A stretch of 64,000 nt of DNA from the human T2T-CHM13v2.0 reference genome, Homo sapiens: NCBI RefSeq assembly GCF_009914755.1, contig NC_060927.1. One strand, 5' to 3'. A program made the position numbers and the translations under genes. A model generated the notes under the pieces. It did not search any database. It saw only the letters and a list, made by a program, of their open reading frames with translations, and had not been told where the DNA came from. Of the stretch, positions 30,573 through 55,345 are shown piece by piece (position 1 is the stretch's first letter; the number at the start of each line of letters is the position of its first letter).

Positions 30573-32042
30573 TATATATTACATAATGAAAGTTTAAAAA
30601 TATGTGACTAAAGCTGCTTTCAGAAAAATACCAATCCCTATTTATATAATAGTAAAAAGTGAAAAAGTAAGCCCGATCTTCAATAGCAGTAGAGGAATGG
30701 CGAGGTGAATTATGTTCATCTATATGCTATGCTAAAAGAGTATGATGCAGCCATTAAATAATAAAATAAAAAATAACATCTAACATTTGAATGCTTACTA
30801 TATTCCAGACCTGTGCTAAGCAAATTATATGCATTACATCACTTAATTTTTATAACAGCTCTCTGAGTTGGATAAAATTTTTATTCTCCAACCTCTTCCC
30901 TTGACTCCAAATTTATATATTCATTAGCCTGCCAAAACCCATTAGCTAGATTATATGGATAAAGAGCCTAACAAACTAAAAGAAAAAATGAATTGGCAGA
31001 AACAGAAACTATGCAAGGAAAAAAATATTTTAAACAAAAAAAAGAAACTCATTAATATTATAAGAAAAATAAGGGACACTGCATCAATGAAATAGAAACA
31101 ATTTTTTTCTTTTTCTTTTTTTTTTTTTTAAGACAGGATCTTGCTATGTTGCTCATGCTGGCCTTGAAAACCTGGGCCCAAGCCTCCCACTTCAGCCTCC
31201 CAAGTAGCTGGAACTACAGGCACACCCCACCACATCTAGCTCAGAAACAATTTTTTTAAAAGGAAAGATGAGATATTCAGAACAAAGAAACAGTTCTTGG
31301 AAATTTAAAACATGATAGCAGACATTAAGAACTCGCTAGAAGGGTTGAAAGATAGCATTGAGGCAAACCCTCAGAAAGGAAAGAAAAAACACAAAGAAAT
31401 GGGAAAAAGAGTAAGAAGACAAAATTCTAAGACTAGCCCACCAAAACCCCCATCTGAATAACACAAGTTTCAAAAAGAAGAATCACCCATGAAATACATG
31501 GAAAATTTTACCCTGACCAGAAGGATATGGACATGATTGAAAGGGCCCAGCCCAATAAATAAAAATTACTTTACACCAATGTACAATGCTATAAAAGTTC
31601 AGAACATTAAAAAGAAAAAGAATACCCCTTATAAACTTTCAGAGAGGGAGAAAAAAAAAACAGGCCACATACAAATGATCAAGATGAGAATGGATTTAGT
31701 TTTCTCAACAATAACTCTGGAAGCAAGAAGCCAATGGAGTAATGCCTTCAAAATTCTGAGGGAAAATCATGTTTGAGCTAGAGTTCTGTATCCAGCCAAA
31801 AATGATCAATTAGGTATGAGAATAGAAGAGAGACATTTTCTGACAGCTTCCTTTTACAGGGAGCTAACTGGAAGGTGTGTTCCACCAAAAGAAGAGACTA
31901 AACCAAGGAAACAAAAGGCATCGACTCCAGAAAAAAAGGAGATCCAATATGGGAGAAAATGGGAAGGAAATCTCCAGGATGGTGATGAAGGTGTAGAGGG
32001 GACCAGCCAGAATGAAGTGACTCAGTAGCCTCTAAAGGAAAT

Positions 32043-32825
32043 AGCCAATAGACACATGAAAAAATGCTCATCATCACTGGCCATCAGACAAATGCAAATC
32101 AAAACCACAATGAGATACTATTTCACACCAGTTACAATGGCGATCATTAAAAAGTCAGGAAACAACAGGTGCTGGAGAGGATGTGGAGAAATAGGAACAC
32201 TTTTACACTGTTGGTGGGACTGCAAACTAGTTCAACCATTGTGGAAGACAGTGTGGCAATTCCTCAAGGATCTAGAACTAGAAATACCATTTAACCCAGC
32301 CATCCCATTACTGGGTATATACCCAAAGGATTATAAATCATGCTGCTATAAAAACACATGCACACGTATGTTTATTGTGGCACTATTCACAATAGCCAAA
32401 GACTTGGAACCAACCCAAATGTCCATCAATGATGGACTGGATTAAGAAAATGTGGCACATATACACTATGGAATACTATGCAGCCATAAAAAGGATGAGT
32501 TCATGTCCTTTGTAGGGATATGGATGAAGCTGGAAACCATCATTCTCAGCAAACTATCGCAAGGACAGAAAACCAGACACCGCGTGTTCTCACTCATAGG
32601 TGGGAGTTGAACAATGAGAACACTTGGACACAGGAAGGGGAACATCACACACCGGGGCCTGTTGTGGGGTGGGGGGAGTGGGGAGGGATAGCATTAGGAG
32701 ATATACCTAATGTAAATGACGAGTTAATGGGTGTAGCACACCAACATGGCACATGTATACATATGTAATAAACCTACACGTTGTGCACATGTACCCTAGA
32801 ACTTAAAGTATAATTAAAAAAAAAA
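32043..32825 (+). mobile_element. 5'-truncated L1PA (PA4/5-like) 3' end
   Basis: ORF2 C-terminus ([26 protein letters not shown]), G-rich 3' UTR, A-tail. Confidence 0.92.
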
Positions 32826-32855
32826 GATGATGATGAAGTTGATAGAACTTTACAT

Positions 32856-34671
<1,816 letters not shown>

Positions 34672-34682
34672 AAGAAAAGAAA

Positions 34683-34727
<45 letters not shown>

Positions 34728-34862
34728 GAAAGGAAAGGAAAGGAAGGAAGGAAGGAAGGAAGGAAAGAAAGAAAGAGAAAGAAAGAAAAGGAAAGAAAGG
34801 AAAAGAAAGAAAGAAAGAAAGAACAAACAAAGAAACAAAGAAAGAAACAGAAAGAGAGAAAA
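34672..34862 (+). repeat. Complex (GAAA)n/(GGAA)n/(GGAAA)n purine-rich STR
   Basis: ~190 bp, almost pure purine on the + strand. Confidence 0.95.
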
Positions 34863-36172
34863 AGTTTTAGACCCAATTTATACTTTCCATGTATACCTCC
34901 TCATAGGCTAATTTGTTCCTCAGTTTGGCGGTTTTTTGATTGTTTCTAAAATGCTGTTTCTAAAAGAACACTTATCTGCCCTAAAATGACATTTTTGGGG
35001 TTTTGAACAAAATCCCCAGCTGGTGTTTTGTGACATTGCAGGAACAAGCCTATGTTTTCCTGTATAGATTTCAGTGACTACTTATGACTATCATTTCCAT
35101 CCTATTTCAACTGTGCCATTTCCATATAAAGTCTTAAGATTTAAAATTTCACATCCTATAGCTTGCTGCTGCCCACATAACATGTGTAAAGTAGTAAGTA
35201 CCCATTTCCTGATATTTACTTTTGCTTTTTTCCATAGTAATAGTTCTAGAATATCTGATTTTTAGCAAGGCTCATAGCCACCAGAAGTGGAGACTCAATT
35301 TCCCAGCATTGCTTGTAGGTTTGGTAATGAGGCTGAGTTCTGGCCAACGGAAAGGAAGCAGAAGTGTCCTGATATGGCAACCAAGACTCTTCCTGAGAGA
35401 ACAGTGGACACCCATCTTTTGCCCTTTTCCTTTATCCTGCTGCAAAGTGTAAGGGCAGGATCTGTAGGCCTGAAGTAATGAGAATAAGAGCCACCTCATG
35501 GATGTTAGGGATGTAGGGAGAGTAAGCTGGGTCCCTGAGCTGAGGGACCAGGCCAGCTCAGGACCCCCACAAAAGAGGAAAATAAATGTTTAAGCCACAG
35601 TTATTGAGAGACTCTATAACTCATTGCTAAAATTGATGCACACTAACTCCCCTCCAGATGCCTCTTCTGGGTCTGATGCCACCACTAATGGGCCAGGTGA
35701 CCAGAATTGAATGTAATCAACTTCTTCTTCAGATGTGACCCTATGATTTCGCTCAAGTTTCCTGGGCTCTCCATGTCCTGCTCATGCTGAAGCTCCAACC
35801 TGTGGATGTATCCTCAAACTCATTCTTTCAAAATGGTCAGTAGAGATTTTTATTTTCAAATGCCCAAGGGGGGTTGTTGTGCACAAATGGACTATCAACA
35901 GTTACTAGCCATTAAAATAATATTTAATTTTTAAAGTCTTATGTTTAAAAACCTAGATTTTCTTAAACCTTTTATTTCAACTTGTAAAGTTATTATTCTG
36001 TTTTATAGGTAGTAATTTTTATGTAAATTAGAAACAATAACTTTAGCTTGCTCTATGATGAATGTTCAAATAAGTCAAGTCTAAGAGATTAAATTTCCAG
36101 AAACATTAGCACCACTTAAAATCATGATTAATTAAATCCCCTGAAAACTTTAAGTCTACTTCATTAATGTCA

Positions 36173-36590
36173 TATTGGTGGCAGCAGTGACCCATCTAGA
36201 GTGGCCACTGCCAAGACATCGGCTGCAGCAGGGAGGCACGGCTGGGGTTGTACACTCCATGGAACAGGCAGAAGCCCTGCCCTCCCCAGGTGCCACTGCA
36301 GCTGCCCAGGCCCGGCTGCAAACCCAGGCATCTCTGTGCTCTTGGGGGCCCAGGAAGGCCCCCCTGCGAAGTGTCTGCTCCCACTGCCTGGCCTCTCCCT
36401 GCTCCCAGTGCCCGCTCCAATCATGAAGCAAGGTTGGGGCCGAACCCGGGCACTGTCACAGCCCAGCCAGGTGGGCACACACTGAGGTTGGCACTGACAC
36501 GCCAGACCCCTGCCACCTTGGCCCCTTCCGGACTTTGGGCACTGACACATACAGGAGGGAAGCCAAGCAGGGGCTGAGGACAGTTGAAAC
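36173..36590. mobile_element. GC-rich LTR fragment, MER52-family-like (ERV1)
   Basis: ggcagcagtgacccatctagagtggccactgcc...ggctgcagcagggagg terminus recalled from MER52; abrupt GC-rich block in AT-rich DNA. Confidence 0.65.
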
Positions 36591-36989
36591 ATGATGAATG
36601 TGTTAGATGTTTTTAAACATTAGAGATACTTTAATAAAAAATACTCAGAGATTGGCTACAATTAACAACAAAATGTATTATTATGGGTTTGATTTACTAA
36701 ATGATGGCTCTATGTTTTCCTTGTGTTGCAGACTCTCTCACCCAACTTTAGTAGCATAGCCTGGATCACAGGTGAGCCGAGATGAATGGGTCAAAGGTGT
36801 AGGATAGCAATATAATTACCCACACGTCAGATACAGATGTTTAAGTCCAGGACACAGGAGCTGGCTCCACATACATCATGGATGATTCTACCTTAGCCAC
36901 AACTTAAAACACAGAATCTCCATTTGCTATTTCAACAAGCTGCTCCAAACCTTTCAGACAGGATTTAGTTTCACAATTAATAAACTACT

Positions 36990-39734
<2,745 letters not shown>

Positions 39735-42154
39735 TGATCTGACAACTAAGTATATCACAAGTCCTTGAGCTGTCCTTCAAGTTCTCTTTAATTTTTATCA
39801 TAACTTCTTTCAACTCAGGTTTGAGTAGATGCAATTTTATTCCTCGACTAGGATCGCTGCTAATTTCCTCAATCTAATTGGATCCACCTAACAACTTTAC
39901 ACCCTCAATGGATTCTGCACGGTTAAGAGTATGGACTCTGGGTCTGAACCATGCACTGACTAGCCATCTGAGGGGGCACAAGTTATTTAGCCTCCCTATC
40001 CGTTTCCTCACCTGCAACGTAAGGATAATAATATCACCTCTATTCTAGAGGTTACATCTTGGGCTTTTGCAAGGATTAAACAATTTAATATTTGTAAGGC
40101 ACTCAGAATGGTGCCTAGTGTTTGTTAGAAGTGCTATAAGGACTAGCTACACAAATGTTCTATGTGAGTGTGTGTGTGTGTGACTGGTTCTCAGCCACAA
40201 TTCTGGAGTCACTTGATAAAAATTTAAATACTGGTCTTCCCAAAACTGATGTTGTCTCTTGGAAGGCTTTTGATCAACTACAGGCTCTCAGAAAATATGG
40301 ACAAAGGCGCAAGAACCCCTCCAAAACTGGAATAAATACTTGAAGATATTAGGGAATTTTTGTTAATTTTCAGGTGTGATAATACTATTGGGGTTATATT
40401 TATTTTAAAGAAATCATCGTTTAGATACATATTGAGGTATTTATGGCTAAAATTTCTTGAATTGGCTTTTAAAATAAAACAGAAGACAGAGTAGTAAATG
40501 AGTAGAAATGAAATAAGATTGGCCCTGTGTGGATAATTTTTGAGAAAGTGTAATGTGTACATGGGAGTTTATTATACATACTATTCTATTTTTGTATATG
40601 TGGAAATTCTTAATAATAGAAACATTTTTGATCCAGGATCTATGCCAAGAGAAATTTAAGCCCTAGTACTGCTTCCCATGGTAAATATTTGGTACAACTT
40701 GGGTTCTGAATATTTATTAGCACCACAGTGACCTCTGAGACAGTGTCCCTGCTGGTATGGAGACATACAAAACACAGGTTTTCAGGCCCAACATTGTCCT
40801 TTTAACATATTACTACTGCCTTTAATGAATGTTAACTCATGTAATCCTTTAAAAAAAAAAAAAGCCAAGATGTAACACCCATCCAACTTGTCTCCAGCTG
40901 CAACCTTGCCTCCTACTGTCTATGATGAGGAGGGCATTCTTAACCCAACAGCCTGTACCATCTTTAAAAACATGTCAGATCATGTCACTGCTCCATTTAA
41001 AGCATCCACTGGCTCCTATCTTGAGAGTAAAAGCAAGTCCTTCCAGTGGCTTCCAAGGTTCCACATGCCCTGGCTCCTTCATCTTATACTATCTCTCCCT
41101 CAATCACTCCACTTCAGCCTCATTGGTCTTCCTGCTCTTCCACACGCATGCTGAGAGAGAACTTGCTGTTCCCTCTGCCTGGAATCCCAGACATCCACAT
41201 GAATTGCTCACTCATCTCCTGAAGTTCTCTATTCAAGTGTCACTTTTTCCTCAAGGCCTTCCCTCACTTCCCTATTTAAAATAACTACCCTTTCCCCCTA
41301 AAGCAAATCCACCCTAGTACTCTCCATCCTCCTTTTTATTTTTCTGTGGCACTTACCACCATATGACACACTATTTGTTTATTTTCTGTATCTACCCACT
41401 AGAATGACAGTTCCATGAGAGTAGAACTTTTGCCTGTTTTATTCACTACTATGTCTTCAATGCCTTGAATAGTTTCTGGCACACACGAGGCATTTAGTGT
41501 TTGCTAAATGAATTAATACATGCTCATTCCTTCTAGATGGCACCACGTTAGCATCTCTTCTCCCTGAATGCCGTCACTCATTCTGCATCCTTGTTCACCA
41601 CTATGTTCACTATGCTGCATTATCCAGCACCTGTCCTTGTAGTCATTCCTTTTGGGGAGAGTTGTTTCCATGGTGACACAGGAGCTTTTCACCTACTTAG
41701 CAGGCCTCTCAGAAAGCTCTTTGCACCATGGTTCTATTTCTAGTGTTGTTAAGACTCCAACACACACAGAACTTTCCATTCCTATCCTGGAAAGCATTCT
41801 CGATCAGTATAGCTAGCTGGTGCTTTTCAGCAGTTCTGCAGGCAGGTTTATTTAAGCAGACCTCTTTTGATAGACATTTAGTATGTTCTAAGGCTTTGCC
41901 TTTTCATTCATTCACTCAAAATATTTATAAAGGGCCTATTCCACTCCAGGCACTGTTTTAGTCACCTAGCATACACCAGTGATTCACCCTGGTTTCCCAG
42001 AGTTGAATTATCATAAATTACTCCACCTATTGTTTATGTTGTTGTGAAAAGTGTCAAAGATCTTGATCTTGCTTGCTGATCTCTAGCTCCTGACTTTGCA
42101 GCCCACTGATGCGAAATATGTACAGTTAAAAAACAAAAAACAAAAAACAAAACA

Positions 42155-42487
42155 TGGCGCGGTGCAGAGGCTCACGTCTGTAATCCTAACACTTTGAGAG
42201 GCCAAGAGGATCACTTGAGTCCAGGAGTCTGAGACCACCCTGGACAACATAATGAAACCCTCATCTCTACAGAAAATTCAAAAATTAGCTGGGCATGGTG
42301 GCACATGCCTGTAGTTCCAGCTACTTGTGAGACTGAGGTGGGAGGATGGCTCAAGCCAGCAAGTCAAGGCTGCAGTGAGCTGTGACTGCACTCCAGCCTG
42401 GGTGACAGCAAGACTCTATCTCAAAAAAAAAAAAAAAAAGTACAGAAACCAACACTACCTCCTTGTTTGTTAAATACAATGGACAGA

Positions 42488-42522
<35 letters not shown>
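42155..42522 (+). mobile_element. AluJ (42155-42439) and a (CA)n microsatellite (42489-42522)
   Basis: Alu body; CA repeat. Confidence 0.85.
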
Positions 42523-42526
<4 letters not shown>

Positions 42527-42699
42527 CCTATCTAGGCATTTGGAGTGTTGGACAAACTTGTACTACTGAGGAGTTGGGCACTGCATCCCAAGTGTCCTGA
42601 CCCATTCCAGAGTCTATCAGCCTCTTTGGGAACAGGAAGTTGGAAGTGGGCAATCACTGAATTGCTAAGATGACCTTCATTTGCTTCTCACTCAGATTT

Positions 42700-43487
42700 C
42701 TGTAATAGGCCAATGTTCCTCTTCATTATGGACATTTTTGATTCCAGAGTGTGTCATTACCTGTGGTTTGTGAGCTTACCTCCTGCTTTGCAAAAGATCT
42801 AGAACTTCCCCATTGATATAATGCTCAGAATACCTTCTTGCTATACCATCAGCATTCCTAAGGAATAAGTAAATACAAGCTCAGTTGAGAAGAAAAATCT
42901 GCATGGTTATTCATCAGGCAGGAAAAACAAATACAAATAAAGACAGCTGCAAAGTTAACAAGAAACTATTGCTGCCAAGGACATGCTTAATCTTTAGTGT
43001 CATAATAACCCTCTTTGAGTGACTACTGCTTTCTCACTTTCTCACTGAGAAACTTTGTTCCTAAAATCAAAGACCCTCAGAAATTTGCTGTTTGAAATTT
43101 TATCAGTAGGAATAAAATATCTTGCTTGGAGGACCTAAGTCACTTTAACACAGAGATACAGCTTCAATTTACAAGCAGCCAGTTGCAAAGCTTCAGAAAA
43201 GGTTTTCAAAAAAACAGGACAATGGGTCCACTCTGCAGTCTAGGCCTGATGTTGACCCTTTTTCACAGTCCTGCTTTGTTTTGAGGCTATTAAAACCCTG
43301 CTTCATTTAAGTTCCATCTAAACTTTACACTTCCTCAAAATCCTGTAACTTTATATTTTCCTTCCCCTGGTAAAATGTCCCATGGTGTCTCTGGTGTGCA
43401 ATCTCCCTCATTAAAAAAGATCGATAGACCTGGTTTTGCTGACTACAGGTTTGTCCCTGGTGGTCTTAGGCTGACTGGGCTTGAACA
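42700..43487 (+). mobile_element. Possible ERV1 solo LTR (MER67-like)
   Basis: 3' end gactacaggtttgtccctggtggtcttaggctgactgggcttgaaca resembles an LTR terminus as I recall it; 5' edge uncertain. Confidence 0.35.
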
Positions 43488-43899
43488 GTCTTGCTCAGCT
43501 TCAGGGTTCCTAAGATTGCAAATTTCAAAAACTGATACAACAAACATTTTTTCACTCCTAAATACAAATGCACCTGTCCACGTTGCCAGGTAGTTATGCA
43601 CATGGCTACCATGTCAATTTGGTCATAACTAGGGTTAGGTCACTTCTCTGGAAGGTTAGTTATTAAGAACAAGAAAGAAAGTCAGGGTTCTGCACAGCTT
43701 TTGGTTTGATTCTTGTACTGACTTATGTTTCTTTTTCTTTGGGGCTACAGGTAAATATTTTGTCTGCTAAACTGACGCCCCCATCGCCAGTGTCTGAACA
43801 AACAAAACTGAGACATATCTAGTCAGCTGAAGCTGACAAATACAGGGGCCAATCTGGTTACAGGCAGGCAGTCCTGGCCTCGTGACACCGCAGAGACTG

Positions 43900-44560
43900 T
43901 GGGACAAGTGGACGTGCTCCTACTGTCCCTCGCATCCCCCATCTGGGCCGCGGGACTAGTGCCCTCAGGTCTATGACCCACTGCAAGAACCCAAAGCTCG
44001 ACGCCCGCCCAGCCCTTCACATCCGTCCCTTGCAACAAGCAAGAGAAGAGGGGCGCGGCTTCAGGGGACGGGCGACGGTTTACAGGACAGCTCGTACACA
44101 GTACCAGCTGACATCCCCTAAGCCTGAGTGTCTAGGCCCCTGCCTCCACATTTAAGAGCCGACTGCGCCCCTTGGTGATTGGACGTCCGGACGCACCTTG
44201 AGTAGAGGCCAAGCAAACTATCGAGCCCGTCCAAAACGCCATATTTGTATCTGACGTCATCCTCATGTTGCCTTTCCTCTCTGTGATTGAGGAACCAATC
44301 GGTTGGGTGTAGCAGACGGGGCGTGGCTCTTCAGGTAGAGGCCGAAGGGGCTGAGAGCGGTCCCAGGCGGCCATCTTGATTCCTGGCATCACTCTCAACG
44401 TGCCCTCCCTCTCCGTGATTGGACGAGCAGGGCGGGCCTTCCGGAGGCACACAGCCGACCAACCAGAGATCTGCGCGTGCTCGATCTGGTCATCTGTTTT
44501 CTGACATCTGGAGCCACTAGCAGTTATCCTGTTCATTCCTGGGCGCCTGCGACCTTCCGA
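43900..44560 (-). promoter_or_regulatory. CpG-rich promoter with YY1, CRE, CCAAT and GC boxes
   Basis: YY1 CAAGATGGCCGC (minus strand, 44367-44378), CGCCATATTT (44237-44246), TGACGTCA (44252-44259), GATTGG/CCAAT at ~44177, ~44296 and ~44417, GGGCGGG at ~44430. Confidence 0.8.
44197..44380 (-). ncRNA. ENTPD3-AS1: Putative first exon of the lncRNA ENTPD3-AS1
   Basis: Known locus arrangement (antisense lncRNA starting a few kb upstream of RPL14); minus-strand donor CAAG|GTGCGT at 44197/44196; TSS approximate; downstream exons not identifiable by eye. Confidence 0.6.
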
Positions 44561-45142
44561 AGGAAACAAGACTTGCTTGGGGAAAGTTGCCTTGCCAGTA
44601 TAGTGGAGCTTGGTAGAAACTTAAAAACTGCCTGGGGCTGCCTGGGATGGGGATCTCGAGATGCTTGTGGGGAGCACATTTTAGGAAACAGGGGGCTCAA
44701 GCTGCATGAAATGCTGCGGGAAATAGGAATGAGAGACGCAGAATGGTCGGAGAAAAAAGCTAGGAAGGTGTTTGGGAGTAAGATTTTGGAGTGCCTTGAA
44801 TGCCAGACTAGGGAGTTTGGACTATATCCTGTAAGATAGGGGATAAAAATCAACTTTAAACAGGAGTGATATAACAAGATAATGTACTTTAGAAAATAAT
44901 TCTGTAACTGTAGGGGGAGTCCCAAAGTGTTTCTCAAATTGTGTTCGGGGAAGTTCAAAGTGTGTTTGAGAGCTTGTTTTTATATGCAGATTCTTGCCCC
45001 TCACCAGACCTGCAAATAAAGTTCTCTGGTTGTACAGCCAGGAAACTGCATTAAAAAAAAACTTTTTAGGTTAACATACATTTGGTGAGAAAACGCATAA
45101 ACCATATGGATAGGGCTCTGAATTTTCACAAGCAAACACTTC

Positions 45143-45270
45143 AGCCAGGCGGGGTGGCCCGTGCCCCTAATCCCAGCTACTCGGGAGGCTTAGGCAGGAG
45201 AATGGCTTGAGGCCAGGAGTACCAGATCAGCCTGGGCAACATAGCAAGACCCCTGTCTCTAAAAAAATTT
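45143..45270 (+). mobile_element. FLAM-type Alu monomer
   Basis: Single left-type monomer with A-tail. Confidence 0.75.
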
Positions 45271-46479
45271 AAAACAAAAATAATAACACACTCCCGTAGT
45301 TAACACCAGATGAAGAAACAACATGGCCAGCAGCTCAGAAGCTCCCCTTTTCCCCTTTAGCCACTGCTGCCTGCACCAAAGGTAAATATGATCATTACTT
45401 ATAAGAACTGTAGATTAGTTTTGCCTGTTTTGAATTTGATATAAATAAAAGCATACAGGATATATTGTGTCAGCTTATTTGTTAGTGTTATTTATGAAAT
45501 TCATCCGCATTGTTCCATGTAGTTGCTGTAGACTCCGTTGCTATAGATTGTTATCACAATTTATCCAGTCTCTTGTTTATGGGCCTTTGGGTAATTTCCA
45601 GTTTGGAGATAGTAGCAAAAAAAATGCTAAAATGAACATTCTTCTTCATTCATATCTTTTGCTTTGTAAATTATAAAGCAAGACAACAAGACCTAAAGAC
45701 TGATTCATTCACTACCTATTTATTGAGCCCCTTACCAGACTAAGGTGAGAAAATAAAACAGAAAAGACAGCAAAGGTCCTGCCCTCATGGAACTTATTCT
45801 AACTGGAACGAAACAACACCTACGTGGGCAGCAAAACAAGTCAAACAACTGCAATTGTGATAACTCTGAGGGAAACAAGGTGAGCTAGAAAAAGAAGGGT
45901 GGGGACTTAACCTTTTTTTATGTGGTAGCCTGGTTAACTCTCAGAAAAATATCTAGGAAAAAATACACGAGATAAGTTGGCACTGCTACACGATGAGTAT
46001 TAACAATGGGTAGACCATTCCTGGCAAGAGAGACACCATGTATAAAGGTCATGGAGGAGGAGAGAGCTTGGCCCATTCAAGACCAGTGTGGCTTCAACAC
46101 AATGAAGGAGGGATGGCATAAGGTGTATCTGGGTATTAAAGCATATGATACAAGGCCAGAGTAAGAAGTTGAGATTTTATTCCAAATATTATGAAAAGCA
46201 ATCGAACTGTTAAAAACAGGAAATAATGTGATCTGATTTACTTACTTAAAAGATCCCTCTAACTGCTGAGCAGAGAACAGATTAAAGACAGAATTTAGGA
46301 GGCTGCTAGAGCAGTCTCAGGGAAGATATGCTGGCATAGAGCTTAGAGGAAAGGCTTGAAATACATCTGGGAACTGTCATGGCAAAGATCATCACCTTAA
46401 TCAAGTGATAAAAGGTAACACCTCTCTGCACTGGCCTGGGTAAAAATCTAAAGAATAAAATACCACCACAATATTGGGA

Positions 46480-46645
46480 ACCCATGTGTGGTGGTGTATT
46501 CCTGTAGTCCCAACTATTCTGGAGGCTGAGGCAGAACTGCTTGAGCCCATGAGTTCAAGGCTGTAGCAGGCTACAATCAGACCTGTGAATAGCTACTGCA
46601 CTCCAGCCTGGGCAACACAGCCAGACCCCATCTCTTCGAAAAAAT
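46480..46645 (+). mobile_element. FAM (fossil Alu monomer)
   Basis: Retains the 7SL-like cctgtgaatagc(t/c)actgcactcc segment absent from dimeric Alus. Confidence 0.75.
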
Positions 46646-46657
46646 GTATATGTGTGT

Positions 46658-47867
<1,210 letters not shown>

Positions 47868-48219
47868 TGTAGCGATAGAAGGACATCATGTCGGCAATTT
47901 CCTTTCAAATGATATAGCACATGCAAAACGTTAACATTTGTGGAATCTAGAAGGGTTTGTGGGAATTATTTGTACTAGTTTAGCAATATTTCTGTAACTG
48001 TGAATTACTTGAAAATGAAAGGTTAACAAAGTTACTGAGATTAGGAGAGAACGTGAGGAGCGAACAGACCTAGCCATGAATAACCAACAAATAAAACTCG
48101 AGGAAATAAAAAGGAACTCAAATGGCATGCGACCAACGGAAGACATAGCTTCTGTACTCTTAACCCTAAATTACTAAGCGATGACCCTCCTGCAGCTTTC
48201 TAATCCAAATCACCAAAAA

Positions 48220-49085
<866 letters not shown>

Positions 49086-49714
49086 TAAACATGGCAGTGG
49101 ACATGTGCCCTGCAGATGGCAATAATGAATTGTCTCGATGGCTGTGTAAGATGAGGATGCTATGGGTAGTCGCTTTATTTTACCATTGAGGAAACAGGTA
49201 ATGGTACGGGTTTTAAGCACAGCCTGAAGTTAGCTATTAGTATTGAATTTCAGTATTAGCCACTTAAGCTAGAGCCAGTTATAGGCTGAAACGTTGGTTA
49301 GTTTTAAATGAGTTACTATACGTAAAGTGAGTTTAGAACAGATCCAGCACGTAGAAAGCACTTTTGTATTTACTGCTGTGTATTTGAAACAAGCAAACTA
49401 AGGAGTTGACCACTGACTATAAATCAGCAGGGATCAGAGTCCTAAAGTTGCCTGTAAATTACATGTGGTTGGTTTCTATGGGGTACTATATAGTTTAAGA
49501 AGGAGCATTTAATGATGTGGAGAAATGTTTGTGTTGAGCAAAAGACATACATATATATAACCCAGATAGGACAATCCTTGTCTTTTCTGAGCAATTTATT
49601 AAAATAGTAGTGTGGGTTTGATGGCCCTGAACGGATAAGTAATGTTACAGAACCATCTGACCATTTTAATTGCTGTTAGATTTTGCACTGAAGTTCTTGA
49701 TGTTTGTGTTCTAG

Positions 49715-49810
<96 letters not shown>

Positions 49811-49965
49811 TAACTGTCCACTAATCACTCCTCCCTCCCATCCCCAGATTTGTTTATGCTAGTAAAAGTTTGTTTTGGAGTAAACAATACGGAAGATTCA
49901 GAGCCATCCTGAAGAGGGATTTGCATCATAGAAGTAGACAGGGATTATTTACTTTTAAAATGTCT

Positions 49966-52327
<2,362 letters not shown>

Positions 52328-52459
52328 CTATTCTGGCTTACTGAACACAAAAATAAGTAAAATACATAGTGTACCAGGTGTTGTGTAACAGGAAGAGTGC
52401 TTTTCAAGGAACAAAGAAAGTGTCTTTGATAATGAGTGACTTCAAAGCTGATTTCTTAA

Positions 52460-52591
<132 letters not shown>

Positions 52592-52683
52592 TAGGGTCAT
52601 TTGAATTCTGGTCCTTTCTTTTTTTGGAGGGTTCAAGATAGTGTGAGAGGGATAATTTTTATTTGTTGTTTTTTTTTTAACAG

Positions 52684-52737
52684 AAAGCCAAGATGACAGA
52701 TTTTGATCGTTTTAAAGTTATGAAGGCAAAGAAAATG
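52684..52737 (+). CDS. RPL14: RPL14 exon 5 (KAKMTDFDRFKVMKAKKM)
   Basis: taacag| acceptor, ATG|gtaaga donor. Confidence 0.97.
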
Positions 52738-52987
52738 GTAAGATTTAAGATCTGTATTTTTGTGTAACTTAGCTTTAAATAATAAGGGAGCAGTAGCCAA
52801 ATCCCATTTCAGGCTGCCAGCTTCTTGGAAGCTTTCTGTAAAAAAGGAGAATTTATCTTCATTTGTATTTCATGATGTCCCTATGGAATTGTTACCTTTC
52901 TTCAGATGTAGTTGTAGGGAAACAGACTACTTAATGCCCTTTCTAAAACCAGCATAAATTGGATTTTATTGTATGTATACACAATAA

Positions 52988-53314
<327 letters not shown>

Positions 53315-53332
53315 GTGGCAATCATAAAAAGT

Positions 53333-53444
53333 AATAAAGGTTCTTTTTGACCTGTTGACAAATGTATTTAAGCCTTTGGATTTAAAGCCTGTTGAGGCTG
53401 GAGTTAGGAGGCAGATTGATAGTAGGATTATAATAAACATTAAA
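53333..53444 (+). terminator. Tandem RPL14 poly(A) signals: AATAAA 53333-53338; AATAAA 53432-53437 with ATTAAA 53439-53444
   Basis: Canonical hexamers starting 19 and 118 nt after the stop codon. Confidence 0.85.
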
Positions 53445-53447
53445 TAA

Positions 53448-53760
<313 letters not shown>

Positions 53761-53999
53761 TAAATAATCAGTTCTTTAATCTCACTCTCTGCCCATACTT
53801 GGATAGGTAGTGCAAAATCATTGCAGTCATAATTGATCATGTCATGAGAAATCATGATAACTTAGAACACCAAGTGACACAAGTGACATTTTTTTCTTAT
53901 GGTCACCTTGGCTTCAGAACATCTTTTTTCCTTGTACAAATATGTTTGCCATAAATAGGTAAAGTGACAGCCTCTTGATGCTCAAGAGTCTAGCAGATT

Positions 54000-55345
<1,346 letters not shown>

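Noticed and set aside
32056-32445. 129-aa ORF with a Cys/His motif
   Set aside because: C-terminal fragment of L1 ORF2p in a truncated L1; not a gene.
36156-36592. Six overlapping ORFs on both strands
   Set aside because: Explained by a GC-rich LTR fragment.
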